The translations under genes were made by a program, and so were the position numbers. From assembly GCF_006345805.1 (NCBI RefSeq), contig NC_042998.1, positions 53,754,001-53,818,000 of the forward strand: a DNA stretch of 64,000 bases, read 5' to 3'. Shown here piece by piece: positions 1 through 14,185 of the stretch. The notes beneath the pieces are model-generated. The model was given only the letters and a program-made list of their open reading frames with translations. It searched no databases and was not told the origin of the DNA. This DNA is from Octopus sinensis (lineage: Eukaryota). The number at the start of each line of letters is the position of its first letter. Position 1 is the stretch's first letter.

Positions 1-165
1 TGTCTGTGTTTGACCCCCCAACATTGCTTTACAACCAATGCTGGTGTGTTTACAACCCCGTAACTTAGCGGTTCAGCAAAAGAGGCTTACAAAGGATAAG
101 TCCTGGGGTCGATTTGCTCGACTAAAGGTGGTGCTCCAGCATAGCCACAGTCAAATGACTGAAGC
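1..165 (+). repeat. 3' part of SINE family A (truncated by window edge)
   Basis: Matches the tail of the fuller copy at 29090-29487 (GTAACTTAGCGGTTCAGCAAAAGAG...AAGTCCTGGGGTCGATTTGCTCGACTAAAGG...GTCAAATGACTGAA). Confidence 0.75.
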
Positions 166-1116
166 ATTCAGATTACTGTCAAATGTAATACTGTTTTTAA
201 TCAATCATACTTTATCTTGTAGCTTTGAGATTTTGATGATGCGGTTATTTACTTTAAGAATGACATTGTAGGGTAGTTGTGAGAGACCTGATCTGGTCCA
301 TTCGAACATAAAACATGTAGAATATTTGGACCGGATATGGCCAGTTTAAAGGTTGAAGGATTTAACTAAATTCTCAGCTACAAAGTTTTCTTCATTCACT
401 CACATAAAAGCATTTTCCCAAACTTAACAGTTTAACTACCATATCGCATTAACTTCAGTGACATGATATCTACTTAACGAGAATAATAACAGTCGCATCA
501 TTTTTAACTGAAACAGATTGTAACAAATTATTCAATTCCTCAATTTTTACTCCAGAGAAAGTATCAATAGTTTCATGGCAATAACCTGTTAGGAATTGAA
601 ACCTACAAATCCTCAAAGAATAACAGAGCTATCTGAATGGCTTTTTTTTTTTTGTTCTTTGTTATAATGATCTGTCATATCATCATTGACAAATGTTAGC
701 AACTTGATACGGAGATTGCATAAAAGCAAATGGTGAAAATAGAAATAAGATTAGATACTTTATAGGCATTTCTTTTTTTTTTGCATTTTTTTTTTGTTTT
801 TTGTTTTTTACCAGTGTTATATTCTGCTAATAGCTATGATTTATAATCAATATATAAGTTTTATAATGGACTGTGGCGGTTATGACTTAACCTCTAACTC
901 TTGTCACAAACACAATGAACTGTAAATCGCAAATAAATTCTGTGGCAACATCATAACTGCCTGCACACAAACACACACTCACTCACTAACATGCACATAC
1001 TTTCAGACATACAGACATGTTCATATAAGCATATTGCTATATTTATACATAAAACCAGAAATATTTAGGCATACATATACACACATATATATAATACGAA
1101 TGTTCATACCATATAG

Positions 1117-1452
1117 TGAAGGTGTATGGCTGAGTGGTTAGAATGTTGGACTCACTATCATGAGGTAGTGAGTTCGATTCCTGACCTGGTATGTGTGTTG
1201 TGTTCTTGAGCAAGGCACTTTATTTTACATTGCTCCAGTTCACACAGCTGCCGAAATAAGTTGCAATGATACTAGTGCCAAGCTGTATTGGCACTTTCCC
1301 TTGTGTAACATCAGTGGCATGGAGAGGGGAGGCTTGTATGTATGGATGACTGCTGGTCTTCCATAAACAACCTTGCCCGGACTTATGCCTTGGAGGCTAA
1401 CTTTCTCGGTGCAATCCCATGGTCATTCATGACCAAGGAGGGTCTTTACTCT
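1117..1452 (+). mobile_element. tRNA-derived SINE, family B
   Basis: Pol III A-box TGGCTGAGTGG (1127-1137) and B-box GTTCGATTCC (1172-1181). Body is shared with copies at 14435-14670, 18080-18420, 53750-54045 and 54065-54395. Confidence 0.75.
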
Positions 1453-1572
1453 CATACTATATACATGACTACATGCATAAGTACCTACAAACATTCATAC
1501 AAGCACACACAATGCAAACATACATACACACACAAATCTGCACATATAGATACAGACAAACAAAAATAACCT

Positions 1573-1672
1573 GTTGATGTTGAAATTCCAATGAAGGAGC
1601 CTTGGATCTAGGTTAGAAACTGGCTCTTTCTCTATTAGTGAGCAATCTTGAAATAAAACTGAATGATGACAT
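1573..1672 (+). repeat. 3' UTR/tail of RLE-LINE family 1, ending in (CATA)n
   Basis: GATCTAGGTTAGAAACTGGCTCTTTCTCTATT...AAATAAAACTGAAT also follows the LINE ORF remnants at 13310-13400 (+) and 25535-25630 (-). Confidence 0.7.
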
Positions 1673-1966
1673 ACATACATACATACATATATATTGGGTT
1701 GGCCAAAGAGTTCATTCACTTTTAGACTAAACAGAACAAGAGGAGACATGTGGGATAGAGAGTCACTGAAGGGGTCACAGGATGTGTGACAAAAGATTTC
1801 AAAAAAAGGTCACTAAGATAAGAATAATAATAAAGCTGAAGTGAAGACCAAGTACATAGTGCATGTGGTTAATTGACAAAAACCACTAAAAAAAAAAACG
1901 AATTATTTTCCCCAAATATAACAATATAAGACAGAAGCTTTAAACATAAAGTGATGTATTCAGTCA

Positions 1967-2592
1967 ATGAGGGGAAGTCAAAAATTATCCGCACTTTCAC
2001 TGTAACATATCTTTATCATTGTTACCATGCCTTCTGCATATGCATTCTTATAGTTGATACTATTGTGGTCACATGATCGAAGTTTGAGCCTGATTGCACC
2101 ATATTTTTTCCTGGCTTTACAGTGTAAGAATTTCCACTCCACTGGCAATGTGCACCAAAGAAAAGGGGTGTACAATCAACTGTGCAAGATACAGTGCTTT
2201 GCTGGCCAGCAAACTGAAGCTAGCAATTTGCACCAAATGCCAAGGCCTATTGTCGAAGAAAGTTTTGTTGTTTGCATGACTATGCACGACCACACACGGC
2301 CACCCAAACTATTGAAATCATTAACCAATTAGGTGTTGAGGTGCTGCTCAAATACGATTTATGAGGTCATCAATTTTCTATGGATGAGGATGTGAAGGAA
2401 GTGGTGTACAATTGGCTGCACAACCAACTGGCAACATTCTTGGCAGGAATATGCAAGCTTGTGGACCACTGGACCAAGTGCATTGCAAAGGTAGGAGACT
2501 ATATAGAAAAATGATGTCCTTATTTATCTCCTGCTTTTGTGTAAATACATTGAAAGAAACAAGAGTGCATATAATTTTTGACTCTCCCTCAT
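1967..2592 (+). mobile_element. Internally deleted mariner element (MITE-like)
   Basis: TIRs GAGGGGAAGTCAAAAATTATCCGCAC / GTGCATATAATTTTTGACTCTCCCTC. Internal transposase C-terminal remnants (TINCARYSALLASKLKLAI; KLVDHWTKCIAKVGDYIEK). Confidence 0.75.
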
Positions 2593-2699
2593 AACTGCTG
2601 TTTAGTTACAGTATCTTCTGCCATCTTGTGAGTAGATATATTATTTCCTGTTCAAAGAATTACCCATCTTTACTGATGAAGAGCTCTTCGAGCGGAATT

Positions 2700-3659
2700 T
2701 TTACTACCTCTACAGAGCTGATGGTCTGATCACCCAATGAATTTTGAAGAGACTAAAACAGGATGAGGTTTGAAGGAACAAGATATATGGAGGGTGCAGC
2801 AGAACTTTCCAAGGAAGACTCTGTAATTTTTGTTGTGTCTGAAAAATAGTGCACAGTCTGGCGTTATCATGATGAGTGACGATGCTCTTATGATTAGCAA
2901 GTTCTGGATGCTTTTGATGGATTACTGCATATAATTTGTCCAGCTGGTCACAGTACACATCAAAATTGATTAATGGTCATGTCCATGAGAAGAAGCTCAT
3001 AAAAAACAATACCCTTTGAATCCCACCAAATTCAAAGGATAATCTTTTGGTGAAGTCCAGCTTCGATGTTTGTTTGTGGTGGTTTGTCATGTTTCACACT
3101 AGACAATCCATCTTTTAGTGCTTTGTCACTATTTTCTTCAAAAAAAGGATTGTTTTCTTCATGCATCTGCTATGAATCACAGATGCACATTTGTTGGACC
3201 GTGTTCTCCGCACTCAATTAATGTAGGACCCAAACATTGAGCCATGCTTATGTAACCAAGTCGATATAGATGGTATTCAACATGTGTGATCATCCTGGTT
3301 GCATAAGAATTGGTTTCAACTAACTCCTTCATTTTGTTGCTGTTAGTCTCAGCTGGCTGGCCAGTCTGAGGTGCATCTTGAATAGAAAACTTTCCTGATT
3401 GAAATCTTAGAAACCACTTTTAGTACATACATTCCGTAGCAGCATCCTCTCCTTACACAGATACACTCTGCTGCAAATTTCTTCCACTTTCTTGCCTTCT
3501 TTAAAATGTCAAAACATGACTTGTTGATAATGTTCATTTTGGTTTTCCATTTTAGAGTGAATCATTACAAGTTCATATTGAACTACATTGTTGTGTGAAG
3601 TATTTGAGTGTATATATACAAAGGTAAAAAGTGAAGAAATGCTTTGACTAAACCCGATA
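2700..3659 (-). pseudogene. Decayed mariner transposase
   Basis: ORF 2710-2958 has YCDQLDKL...HHDNAR...LLHPPY. N-terminal remnant MENQNEHYQQVMF at ~3550. TIR-like TATCGGGTTTAGTCAAA at 3643-3659; a related TIR TATTGGGTTGGCCAAA lies at ~1690. Confidence 0.75.
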
Positions 3660-3749
3660 CACGCACATATACACACGTTTCCTAAAGTCTTGAAAATGAC
3701 AGTAATATCACCATGAAATGCAGCTTCTCCTGGGCTAATGATCACTACA

Positions 3750-4420
3750 TCATATCACACTTCTAAGGCTAAGCATTTGCAATCCAAGAACAGGAGATTG
3801 CTACAAAATACTTAATAAACAAAGGTGACAGTGAAGCCTTTGGAGCATCAAGATACAACCAAAACTGTTAATTATATCATATTTCTCTTGAAGACATCAT
3901 GCACCTGACAAACACCTGCCCAATAATGTCATCAAGGGGCTACCTTCCAATGCAATATGCCTTGTTGCTAAAGTAGTATGCAATGACACCTGAAAAAAAT
4001 CATCTTGGGATAAAATAGAAAATCCTCTGTTAATGTATACATGCATAGACATCAACTCAAAGAATATTGGTGAAACTTTCCAAGTGCAAACATATCAGGC
4101 TGGATATTTTTGTCTGGGGCAAACAAGAAAATATACATACTGTCATAGACGTCAGCAACTCTGTTGAGGTGAACATCTCTTCAAAAATCAAAGAGAGAGA
4201 GGATAGCTACAGAAAGCTGCTCAGAGGCTCCAGCTTCTATACTCAAATTATAAATTCACATTTATGCCAATAATAATTGGTGCACTTGATTTTGTGAGAA
4301 AATTTCTAAGTCACAATCTGGGTAAGCTTGGGTTTTCTGAAAAAGAAATCAAGCAGCTAACTTGCACATTACGAATGTAATAAGTGGAACAATAAAAATA
4401 TGCAAGGTTTTTTCAAGTTC
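3750..4420 (+). pseudogene. RLE-type non-LTR retrotransposon remnant (family 1)
   Basis: AFAIQEQEIATKYL, followed by a degenerate RLE region (IFVWGKQENIHTVIDVS...IGALDFV...KLGFS). Homologous to 12240-13210. Confidence 0.7.
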
Positions 4421-5329
4421 AAAGTGTAAATTTGCTTTTGTTATCTACTCTCCAGCAATAGAGCATTGTGTCTTTGTTAGAAACCAGTTCCTTTCTTTCA
4501 GGAAGATTTCAAATGTTTTAAAAACTGAAGAAAAGATACATATATATATATTAATCCTTTATGTCATGAAAGCTGAGTAAGTAATGTAATTTCGTATTTC
4601 TATATAAAAAATAGGAAATTCTTGAACAAACACTGTTCCAATCACACAGCCATGAAGAGACACATTTACAACATACGAAGACATTACAACCAAGCAATCA
4701 TAAAACTGTCACTACAACCTGACAGAGACGAACATAAAAATACATGAATACACTTCAAAATAGACACATACACATAACATGAATTTACTTTTGTGCAAGC
4801 AAATGTGCCTCTATACTTTAAAACCCCTAGCTCGAAATCTACTCATAACACCTGTGACTATTAGAGGAGTCAGATGTATGTACATTTTCCAGTGTTACCC
4901 TTCATATAAAAAAGATAAATTCATTACAGTTAGAATACTTTGTTCATAGTTCTACTCCATCAAAGTTGAGCCACAACTAAATAATAACAATAGCTATCAA
5001 GACTGAAGTTCTGTACTGAGCCACTAAATTTCTCATAAGTTCTTTGGAAATCAATGATTATCATACTGTTACACAACACATTCTTCATGATAAAATATTC
5101 AGTGTATCTGGAGAATGGAGATCAATGTATGACAACTCAGATATTTTGTATCACTTATCTAATATTCTGTCTCATTGCTATTATTCTGCATGCTACTCCT
5201 CTGATAATTAGTATACCACTCTTCTGACGTTCTGTGTGGCACTCCTTAGATATTTTAGTTTCATACCTCATATATTCTCAGTCACATATCTGATACTCTG
5301 TGCCTTGCCAAACTACCTCAGATAATCGT

Positions 5330-5410
<81 letters not shown>

Positions 5411-5415
5411 ATATA

Positions 5416-6050
5416 CAGGGTGGGGTGAATAAACTGTCGTCAAATTATGCAAAAATGAAAATAACACTGACATCTCATTTTAACAGATATATTTACCAAA
5501 ATTACATAAAAAATATCTTGAAATACTAGACAGTAAATTTATTCAATAAAATTGCCATTGGCTTCAACCATGGCCTCTAGACGACTTTGAAATCTCTTGC
5601 AACTCTTCTGGATAGTCTCCTTGTTTAAGTCGGTGAATGCTGCCATAATCCTTGCCTTCAGCTCATCTTTAGTGTTACAAGGAGTTTTGTTGGCTTCTTG
5701 CTCAACTGTACCCCACACAATAAGCGAGGAGATTGCAGTCTGGGGAGTTAGGTGGCCAGATGTTAGGGGTGATGTGGTCGCAGAAATTACCTGTCAGCCA
5801 TCACTGGGTTCTCTTGCTTGTGTGGCATGATGCAGAGTCCTGTTGCCACACATAGGGTCTTCTAACAGCCATCTTGACCCAGGGCTACACTACCTCCTCC
5901 AGGCACTTGATGTAGGCCTCCATGTTGAGTCTGAGGCCGAATGGGAAGATGAATGGAGTCCTGAGTTTGCTATCACTCCAACTCCATAATGTTGATTGAA
6001 TATTTGATTTTTATCACTCTCAGTGCATGTCCTCAGATTGACACCCAAAC
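5416..6050 (-). pseudogene. Tc1/mariner-superfamily transposase C-terminus with 3' TIR (maT/DD37D-like)
   Basis: Minus strand reads QQDSA...NIWPPNSPDCNLL...PCNTKDELKARIMAAFTDLNKETIQKSCKRFQSRLEAMVEANGNFIE*. Ends in TA-CAGGGTGGGG next to a (TA)n tract. Confidence 0.7.
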
Positions 6051-6861
6051 AATCTGAAATGTTTGTATTGGAGCTTTCAGCATAAATACCAAGCTGTATA
6101 ATCCATAAGCAGTCTAGAGGATTTCATAAGATTTTGTAGTATTTTTGTCCAGTTCAACACAAAACTTTATTGCATTGCAAGCTTCCAGATTGTTGTCTTC
6201 ATGACCCAACAGTATTCTGCAAGGTAGTCAGCTGTGATAAACGTTGTTTAGCAGGGTGAGTTCAAAGTGTCTCCTTCAATCTGGAATAACAAAATTTGGC
6301 AAGTCAGCTTATATGGATAGTAATCCTTTCTACTAAAGGTGCAAGTCCTGACATTTGGAGGAGAGGGCAAGTTGATTACATTGATCCCAATGTCAAACTG
6401 GTCCTTATTTTATTGACCCCAAAAGGTTGAAAGATAAAGTCCATCTTGGGGAAATATGGTCAAAATGCTGCTAAGAATTTTGCCCAGCATGCTAATGGTT
6501 TTGCCTGCTCTTAGTAAAATTCTAGTAACCTAGAACAGTTATAACTGTCTCTTCGAAAAATAATCCCAAATCTTCTGGAATGCACCTCATAGTTTTCAGT
6601 TTCATTTCACAGTAACACCCAAATAACATTACTGACAATTCTTCAACATACCGACACAAGACATTAATTTATGCATCCTTTCTTAATTCTGATGATAACC
6701 TTTGTTATTTTAACTATATCAAATCCATTGGGGAAATACGATCTATGTATCTATATATATATATAGGGAAAGATCACAAAAAAAACAAAAGACGAAGACA
6801 GGTGGTGTACACAACAAACAGATGTATTAGTATAACACTCAGGAATTGAAAAAGTCTCTCT

Positions 6862-6862
6862 C

Positions 6863-6895
<33 letters not shown>

Positions 6896-6946
6896 ATGTA
6901 TAGACAGACAGACGGGTAGACGGACGGACGGACGGACGGACGGACG

Positions 6947-7000
<54 letters not shown>

Positions 7001-7003
7001 GAC

Positions 7004-7046
<43 letters not shown>

Positions 7047-7052
7047 TATAGA
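6862..7052. repeat. Compound microsatellite (TA)n-(TG)n-(GACG)n-(GACA)n
   Basis: Directly visible; explains the spurious ORFs at 6839-7115. Confidence 0.95.
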
Positions 7053-7919
7053 TATATAATCACAAATATAAATTTGCTTTCAATTTTTTTAGTATTTCAT
7101 AACAAGAAATTCTAAAAGCACACACATGCACACATACATACATACACAGATGTATGTATAAACACACAGAAAGCATGCAAGCAATGCATACAAGCATACA
7201 TTTATAGACATTCAAATATAGGTTTTATTTCTATTTCCTCTGAATTACCATATTCATTTCCATGCACTGTTTGTTTATCTCTCTTACCATAATTTACAAT
7301 TTTGCTTGACTGGTTTCATGTACTATTTTACAGGTAGGCATTAAATCTTAGATTTACGGTGGTGATGGGGAGGATGTATAATTAAATAGTGTTTGTTATG
7401 TTCATGCATTTCTCAAAGTTATTATAAACTTAAGCAAAATAAAATTAGTTTCAACAATGAATCAAAATTCAATGGCAAGTTTCTCTCAACAAATTCATCA
7501 ATGTATCTTTATTCTATCTACATAGCTAACCATCCAACAAATTGTCTATCTATCTATCTATCTATCTACACACACACACACATACTTGAATACATGTATT
7601 TAAATATACATGTATGAGTGCATATGTGTGTGTGTTTATACATATATATAGAGAGAGGGAGAAAGAGAAGAGATAGATAATAGATAGATAGATAGATAGA
7701 TAGAAGGGAACAGAATCAAAGGAATTTTTCTCTCTTCACGTTCAAACACACACACACTCTCTCTCTTTCACTGTTTATCTCCCTTTCAAATTAATGTCAA
7801 TTATTTATTTTTTTGTTTATTGTTTTTTTCTTTTGTCTCTACTGTTGTAACACAGCTACTTATATTGTCTTCTGAATAGAATTAGTTATTATTGTCCACG
7901 TATGGGTTGAAATGCAATC

Positions 7920-9290
7920 ATCATCAATTAACGTCCATTGTCCATGCTGGCATGGGTTGGGTAGTTTGACCAGGGCTGGCAAGCTTGGAAGGCTGCAGTA
8001 GACTCCAGTCTGATTTGGCATGGCTTCTATGGCTGGATGCTCTTCCTAATGCCAACCATTCCAAGAGTGTAATGGGTGCTTTTACGTGCCACCAGCATGG
8101 GTGCAATTTGCATAACATCAGTACCTGCCATGACTACAATATCACTTGGCTTGATGAGTCTTCTTCTCAAGCATGGCACAATGCCAAAAGTCTCACTCAT
8201 TTGGCATTACTTCTGTGAGGCCCAACACTTGAAAAGTGGCCACCTTGCCACTATGAAACTCAACACTTGAAAGGTGCTTTTTACATGCTACCAGCATGGG
8301 TGCGAGTTACATGACACCAGCATCAGCCACAACTACAATTTCACTTGGCTTAACAGGTCTTTTCAAGCACAGCATATCACCAAAGGTCTCCGTGTGGAGG
8401 CACATGGCTTAGTGGTTAGAGCAGCGGACTCGCGGTCGAGGAATCGCGGGTTCGAATCTCAGACCGGACGATGTGTGTGTTTATGAGCGAAACACCTAAG
8501 CTCCATGCAGCTCCAGCAGAAGATGAAGGCAATCTTCTGCTGACTCTTTCACCAAAACTTTCTCTCACTCTTTCCTCCTGCATCTTGCAGCTCACCTGCG
8601 ACAGACCGGCGTCCCGTCCAGGTGGGGAACCTATATGCCAATGAAACCGGAAAACCGGCCCTTATGAGCCAGGCATGGTTCGAGAAGGAACATTCACAGG
8701 TCTCGGTCACTGGCCATTGCCTCTGTGAGGCCTAAAGTTAGAAAATCAGGCTTCACCACCTTGTCTCATGTCTTCCTGGGTCTACCTCTACCACAGGTTC
8801 CCTCCACAGTTAGAGATCAGCATTTCTTTACACAGCTGTCCTCGTCCATGAGTTGGATGATTTGATGGAAAACTGGTAAGCTGGGGAGCCACCACAGGCT
8901 CCAGTTTGATTTGGCATGGATTCTATAGCTGGATGCCCTGCCTAATTCCAACCACTCCAAGAAGGCTGTTGGTGCCTTTTATATGTCACTGGCATGGGTG
9001 CCAGTTACGAAACAGCAGCATCAGCCATGACTACGATCTCACAAGGTTTGACAGGTCTTCTCAAGCATGGTTTATCACCAAAAGTCTCAGTCACTTGTCA
9101 CTGCCTCTGTGAGACCCAAAATTTGAAGAGTGCTTTTTACATTCCATCGATGGTAGTGTCAGTTACACACCACTGGCACTGACCATGACTGTGAGTTCAC
9201 TTGATTCGATAAGTCTTCTCAAGCATGGCATATCACCCAACATTCAAAGGGTGCTTTTTTATGTGTCACCAGCATGGGTGCCAATTACAT
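7920..9290 (-). repeat. Array of RTE-tail-like repeat ((GAT)n-tailed family) with internal tandem units
   Basis: Reverse complement of the 55385-55736/58300-58682 family; repeated GTGCTTTTTACxTGCCACCAGCATGGGTG units. Confidence 0.65.
8391..8697 (+). mobile_element. Young tRNA-derived SINE nested in older repeat
   Basis: A-box TGGCTTAGTGG and B-box GGGTTCGAATC; CpG-rich; flanked by 7-bp direct repeat AGGTCTC (8384-8390, 8698-8704). The host repeat resumes on the far side. Confidence 0.8.
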
Positions 9291-10353
9291 GACATGCATA
9301 ATATATCTCGTTTCCAGAGAGGACAAATTGTTACAAAATGGATAGTTGGAACTTCAGTTACTAAAACTGCTGAATTGTTTAATGTTTCAAAAGATAGAGT
9401 CTCTAAAATCAAACTGGAATTTCAAAACCAAGGTAAAACTAGCTCTGATAAGCATATTCTGGACAGAAAGTGAAGTTCAAAGGGAGGTACTGCAAGAATA
9501 GTTGAATGTATTGTGTCTAAAAACCTTCAAACTTTGGCATCAAAAATGACAGCAGGACTAAACCACCACCTTGCTGACTCTGTGTCAACAAAAACATTCC
9601 TGAAGACCTCCATAAATCTGGATACAATGGGAGTAGGGAGTTGCAATTGATAAAGCCCTCCTCTCCTCCAACAACATTGATAAGCAGTAAAATGGTATCT
9701 TGACTTATCATAAGAAGTCAATGGCTCAATATCATCTACTCTGATGAATTATTATTCATCCTTTTCCCACTTCAAGGAGAGTTTATGCCTGGAGATAGCT
9801 TAAAGAAACCTTCAACCCTGTTTGACCCCTATATTGAAGTACTCAGATGGCTCTGTGATAATTTGGGTAGCCACATCATGAAATTCTCTTAACACTTCAG
9901 CTGTTCTACATGACAGAGTTAATGCCAAGGATTATCTGAGTATTTTGGCTGATCATGTTCTTCCTATGTTACAAGCATTGTTCCTGGATGATAGTGCACT
10001 CTTCCAGGACAATAATGCACTTATTCACATGATTAATATAATTCAGAATTGATAAAAAGAGCACAAAAGTGAAGAAGACCACTTGTGTTATCTCCTACAA
10101 TCATTACATCTCAATATAATTGAATGTTTACGGTGTATTTTGGAGCAGCAAGTGAGAAGCCACTTCTCTCCACCGTCATTACTGAAAGAGTTATAATAGG
10201 TTTTCCTGAAAGAATGGCACAAAATGCCATAAAAGCTATTTGTATCTATACAGGTCAATTCCTTAACATATTAAATCTCTGATTGGACTAAATACATATT
10301 AAATAATAAACTTCCATTTAACCAGGTGATTCTATTATTTTGCCCAACCCCTG
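9290..10353 (+). pseudogene. Decayed Tc1-like transposon with 3' TIR
   Basis: MHNISRFQRGQIV...SVTKTAELFNVS paired-domain start, later YSDE and FQDNNA motifs. Ends ATTATTTTGCCCAACCCCTG-TA. Confidence 0.75.
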
Positions 10354-10399
10354 TACATGTACTTGTGTAAATATATATTTAGTGTACTTGGTGATTTCT

Positions 10400-11567
10400 T
10401 CCAAGCTGCATGATGAAACATTTGGAAGTGCTATGGGTGTATGAATGAAATTGGTTCATATTGTGAAAAGAATTTTTTCAGAGATTTTTCTAAGGTAACA
10501 AGAAGCCTAAGGGAAGATTGCAATGTGCAATCTCTCGAGATGTTACAGTGTTTTCATTTGTTGAATATGATCATGTATCTAGTCAACCTTCCATGACAAT
10601 AGATTGTGATTCCATTGAGAATGTGTGTGCTGTGATCCATGAAAATTGTTGCTTGACTGTCTGTGAAAATTCTAAAGAAGTAATCATCTATAAAAGTTTT
10701 TGGTACACGATTCTTGGAAAAATAATTGGTGATGCATCATGTTCTCACAAAGTTTGTGCTTCATCTATTGGCAGATGAATAAAATGAAAACAGAACTGAC
10801 ACCCTGTAGGTCAGGTGTTGTTTGTATCTATGAATGTTATAACAGTGTGATGAAATGTTGGTGTATGGCTTCAATGTTCTGAGGCATTTGTGATAGGCAA
10901 TGTGAAGGAAGTGGCTTGAGGTATAGGAAAACAAAACCTTGATGCTCTACCATAAAGCACTTACTCGTTGGTCATTCCTTATCAGTGACTTTTTTGCAAA
11001 GCACAGCATGACTCTTATATCTCCAGACATTCCACTCACCAAAGTTCGTTCCTGCAGGCAGACTTTATTAGTTTTCAAAGTTAAAACCTACATTGAAAGG
11101 TTACTGATTACAGATGATAGAAGAGATCAAAGAAAATATGCTTCAATAAAGAGAACAAGTATAGATGGGTTGGTCACGTCGCATCACTGAAGGACAACAG
11201 ATGGATAATCAGGGTGATGGAATCGACACTATGGCAGTGGACAAGATCAAAAGGCTAACCAAAGGCAAAAGAGCAAGATGATTTCACCCACTACCTGGTC
11301 ATGACTAGCCAGAAACAGACAATAATGGAAGGAGTTTCTCCCTCAGGAGTGATGAAACCTGGAAACAAATGAAACAACTGTGTTTTATCTCTGAATATAT
11401 CTTTCAAGACATGTTCCATAAATGGAAACGATGATAAGAGTGTTGTATCAACAATGGATGGAACTATTCTGAAGAAGACAAATCTGATTAAATTGTAAAT
11501 AAAGCAATGCTTTTGTTTTTGTTTTGTTTTTTTGATAAGTTTGCTCTCTTTTTGAACAGACCTCATT
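10400..11567 (+). mobile_element. Highly decayed mariner interrupted by an RTE-like LINE 3' fragment (~11100-11350)
   Basis: Mariner-like SSQPSMTIDCDSIENVCAVIHENCCLTV; RTE-like GLVTSHH-RTTDG and WS-LARNRQ-WKEF; TIR-like TTTTTGAACAGACCTCAT at ~11550-11567. Confidence 0.5.
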
Positions 11568-11971
11568 CATAAAATTTAATTCTCATTTTTGTTTTTAAGT
11601 GAATAAACACACTAAGTTATTGAGTTATTGAAAGAAGGAAGAAGCTGTGTAGTGAAGAAGCATATACCATTATATGAGATTTCTGTTAGAAACATTACAT
11701 AGTAATTTGAATTAAAATGCTATAAGAACAGTTAAAACAAGAAATAAAAATGTTGCTGCCATCTTCAATTCTTAACAACAAGCAAGCTGATTCCATTCAT
11801 TGAAGGTTAAGTTTCTCACTGGAGAATAATTGCATGGTTGGTTTTGTTTGTTTGTTTGTTTTTGTTGTTTTCTTTTTGTGCGAGAGTAAAGATGTATTTT
11901 AGCTATCTTAGTTGATTAAAATATGTGTAAAGCATATTCACTTTGGTATTGAGATACATTCCTTTAATATA

Positions 11972-12240
11972 CTGGTGTTGGACAAAATAATGGAAACACC
12001 TAGCATCATAGCATCATAATTTTGAAATATCTATAAAACTGTCAAAAGCTTGTTTATTTTTATGTTTTTTGACTTATTATTAGTGTTGCTTAATAGGTTT
12101 TATTTTTATATATTTTTTTTTATTTATTGTTAGTGTTGCTTAATAGGTTTTGCTAAAATTGCTGTTTCTTTTCAGATACCATCAGAAAAAGGGAATTAAA
12201 ATTCATTAAAATGACAGATCTATCAGATTGTTGGTGCTTG
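11972..12240 (+). mobile_element. 5' end of a Tc1-like element (TIR plus start MTDLSD)
   Basis: TA-CTGGTGTTGGACAAAATAATGGAAACACC resembles the reverse complement of the 10327-10353 TIR. ATGACAGATCTATCAGAT is the typical Tc1 start. Confidence 0.6.
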
Positions 12241-13396
12241 AGTTGTTGGTGCTCTTCAACAACATCTTTTAACTTTGACTGAATTTGCATATATGAGGCT
12301 GATAACATCATGAGACTTGGAACGCAGCTCCTTGAGCAGCATTCTTTGTTTGATAACCTTAAATATATGCCCAAAGAAGTTGCATGATTCTACCGCAACG
12401 TATCATCAGATGAAAGCATGCATGGATATGTTAGTAGAAAGCTCCAAGATGATAGTAACATTGATCATCAAAACAATCTTTCAGGGACCAACAACCGGAT
12501 TACTACCTCCCACTTTGAAGGGTATGCATTTGCAATCCAAGAACAGGAAATACCAACCAATTACCTGATGCACAAAATGGACAGAGATGCAGGAAAAGCA
12601 GTAAAATGAGATAAATAATGAAGACTTTGTGGAGTTAACACCAAAGATATCACCTGTGTCATAAGCAGTTGTTCAAAAATATCATCATAATATTATTTAC
12701 TGATGAGACATGATGTGTGGCTAGGACACTGTATAATGAGATCTGTTGGAAGAATAACCCCAAGGACAAGGAAATAAAAATCCATTGTATGGTAGAAGTC
12801 ACAGCCACTCATAATAAAAAGGAGTACTGGTAGAATGTCCCAGAGAAAACCTCAATAAAATGTAAACACAATAGATCTGATATAATGATTTGGAATAGAG
12901 AAGAGAACCTGTGTACAGTTATAGAAATCAGATGCCCAGTGGATGTTAACAAAGCTGAATATCAGTGAAAAAGAGAACACCTATGCTGAACTATTGAGAA
13001 ATCTGCAATTACTCTATCTAGATTACAAGTTCAGGTTTATACCTGTAATTATTGGGGCCCTGGGATATGTAACCCACTGCCTAAATACCAATCTTGGGAA
13101 ATTAGGCTTCTCAAAACCAGCAAGGAGAAAGCTGATTTAAAGATTGCAAATCCAAGCCAACACTAGAACTGTACAAATCTGTAAAACTTTCCAAAAGTTT
13201 ATCATTTAAGTATATATGAACATGTCTAGATATGCAATAATATGCATGAGAATACATACATAAAACAAAACACACAAAACTGCACAGATACATACATACA
13301 TACATACATACCTTATTGATATTGAATTTCCAATGATCTAGGTTAGAAACTGGCTCTTTCTCTATTGGCAAGAAATCGTGAAATAAAACTGAATAA

Positions 13397-13400
<4 letters not shown>
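12240..13400 (+). pseudogene. RLE-type non-LTR retrotransposon remnant (family 1) with 3' tail
   Basis: TSHFEGYAFAIQEQEIPTNYL; Zn-knuckle remnant; RLE region [34 protein letters not shown]; family tail followed by (CA)n(CATA)n. Confidence 0.8.
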
Positions 13401-13441
<41 letters not shown>

Positions 13442-13457
13442 TACATACATACATACA

Positions 13458-13488
<31 letters not shown>

Positions 13489-14185
13489 CTATACTATGGT
13501 TGTTTTCTTAGGCCAAGCCTAATCAAGACCAAAACTCTAATTGTTAATTAGTAAATATAAAATCTAAATATTTACAAATCCATTATAAAATGTTAATTTA
13601 ATTCTTTAAGTTCAATGTAAAATTTAGTAAATGGTAATGGTATAATGAGGTCGGTATGTGTGTGTGTGCATGTGTGTGGGGTGTATGTTTATAACTAATC
13701 AAAACCACTGTAAATTGTCCCTATTATTGAATGCTTTTGTTCTACAATACTTCAGACATTGATTGTTTAACTTTGCTTGTTACATTATCAGCCTCTGGCA
13801 GCTAAACTAATTTTGAGAGACATATATAAATTCAAACTTTAACTCTTTATACGGATATTGAGTCTACTAAGAATTTTTCTAAACTTGTCTTCTAAAAAGA
13901 TAAAACAAAACAGGAAGAAAATATTTACAATTAAAAATTATAAACTAACACTTGAACAGAAACAGCTTTATCAGCATAAAAGTACAGACATAATTAGAAT
14001 ATTTCAAGCCAGGTGAATATGTAGTTGTATAATGAAAAAAAAAATAGAGTCTTTTGTTTCCTAGAATTGTTTTCTGAATCTAGTGAATACATGTGAGTAA
14101 CAATTGGATGTTGAGATTTAAATAATTTGCCTAAAGCTTTAAGTAAACATAAGAAATCTGCTGTGTGTTGGTTCATTGAGATATA

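Noticed and set aside
2664-2700. CTGATGAAGAGCTCTTCGAGCGGAA hammerhead-like core
   Set aside because: GAAA is replaced by GGAA, and no stem I/III or cleavage triplet was found.
8395-8470. tRNA-like sequence (also at 1120-1190)
   Set aside because: Continues into a SINE body and has no complete acceptor stem; it is a SINE head, not a tRNA gene.
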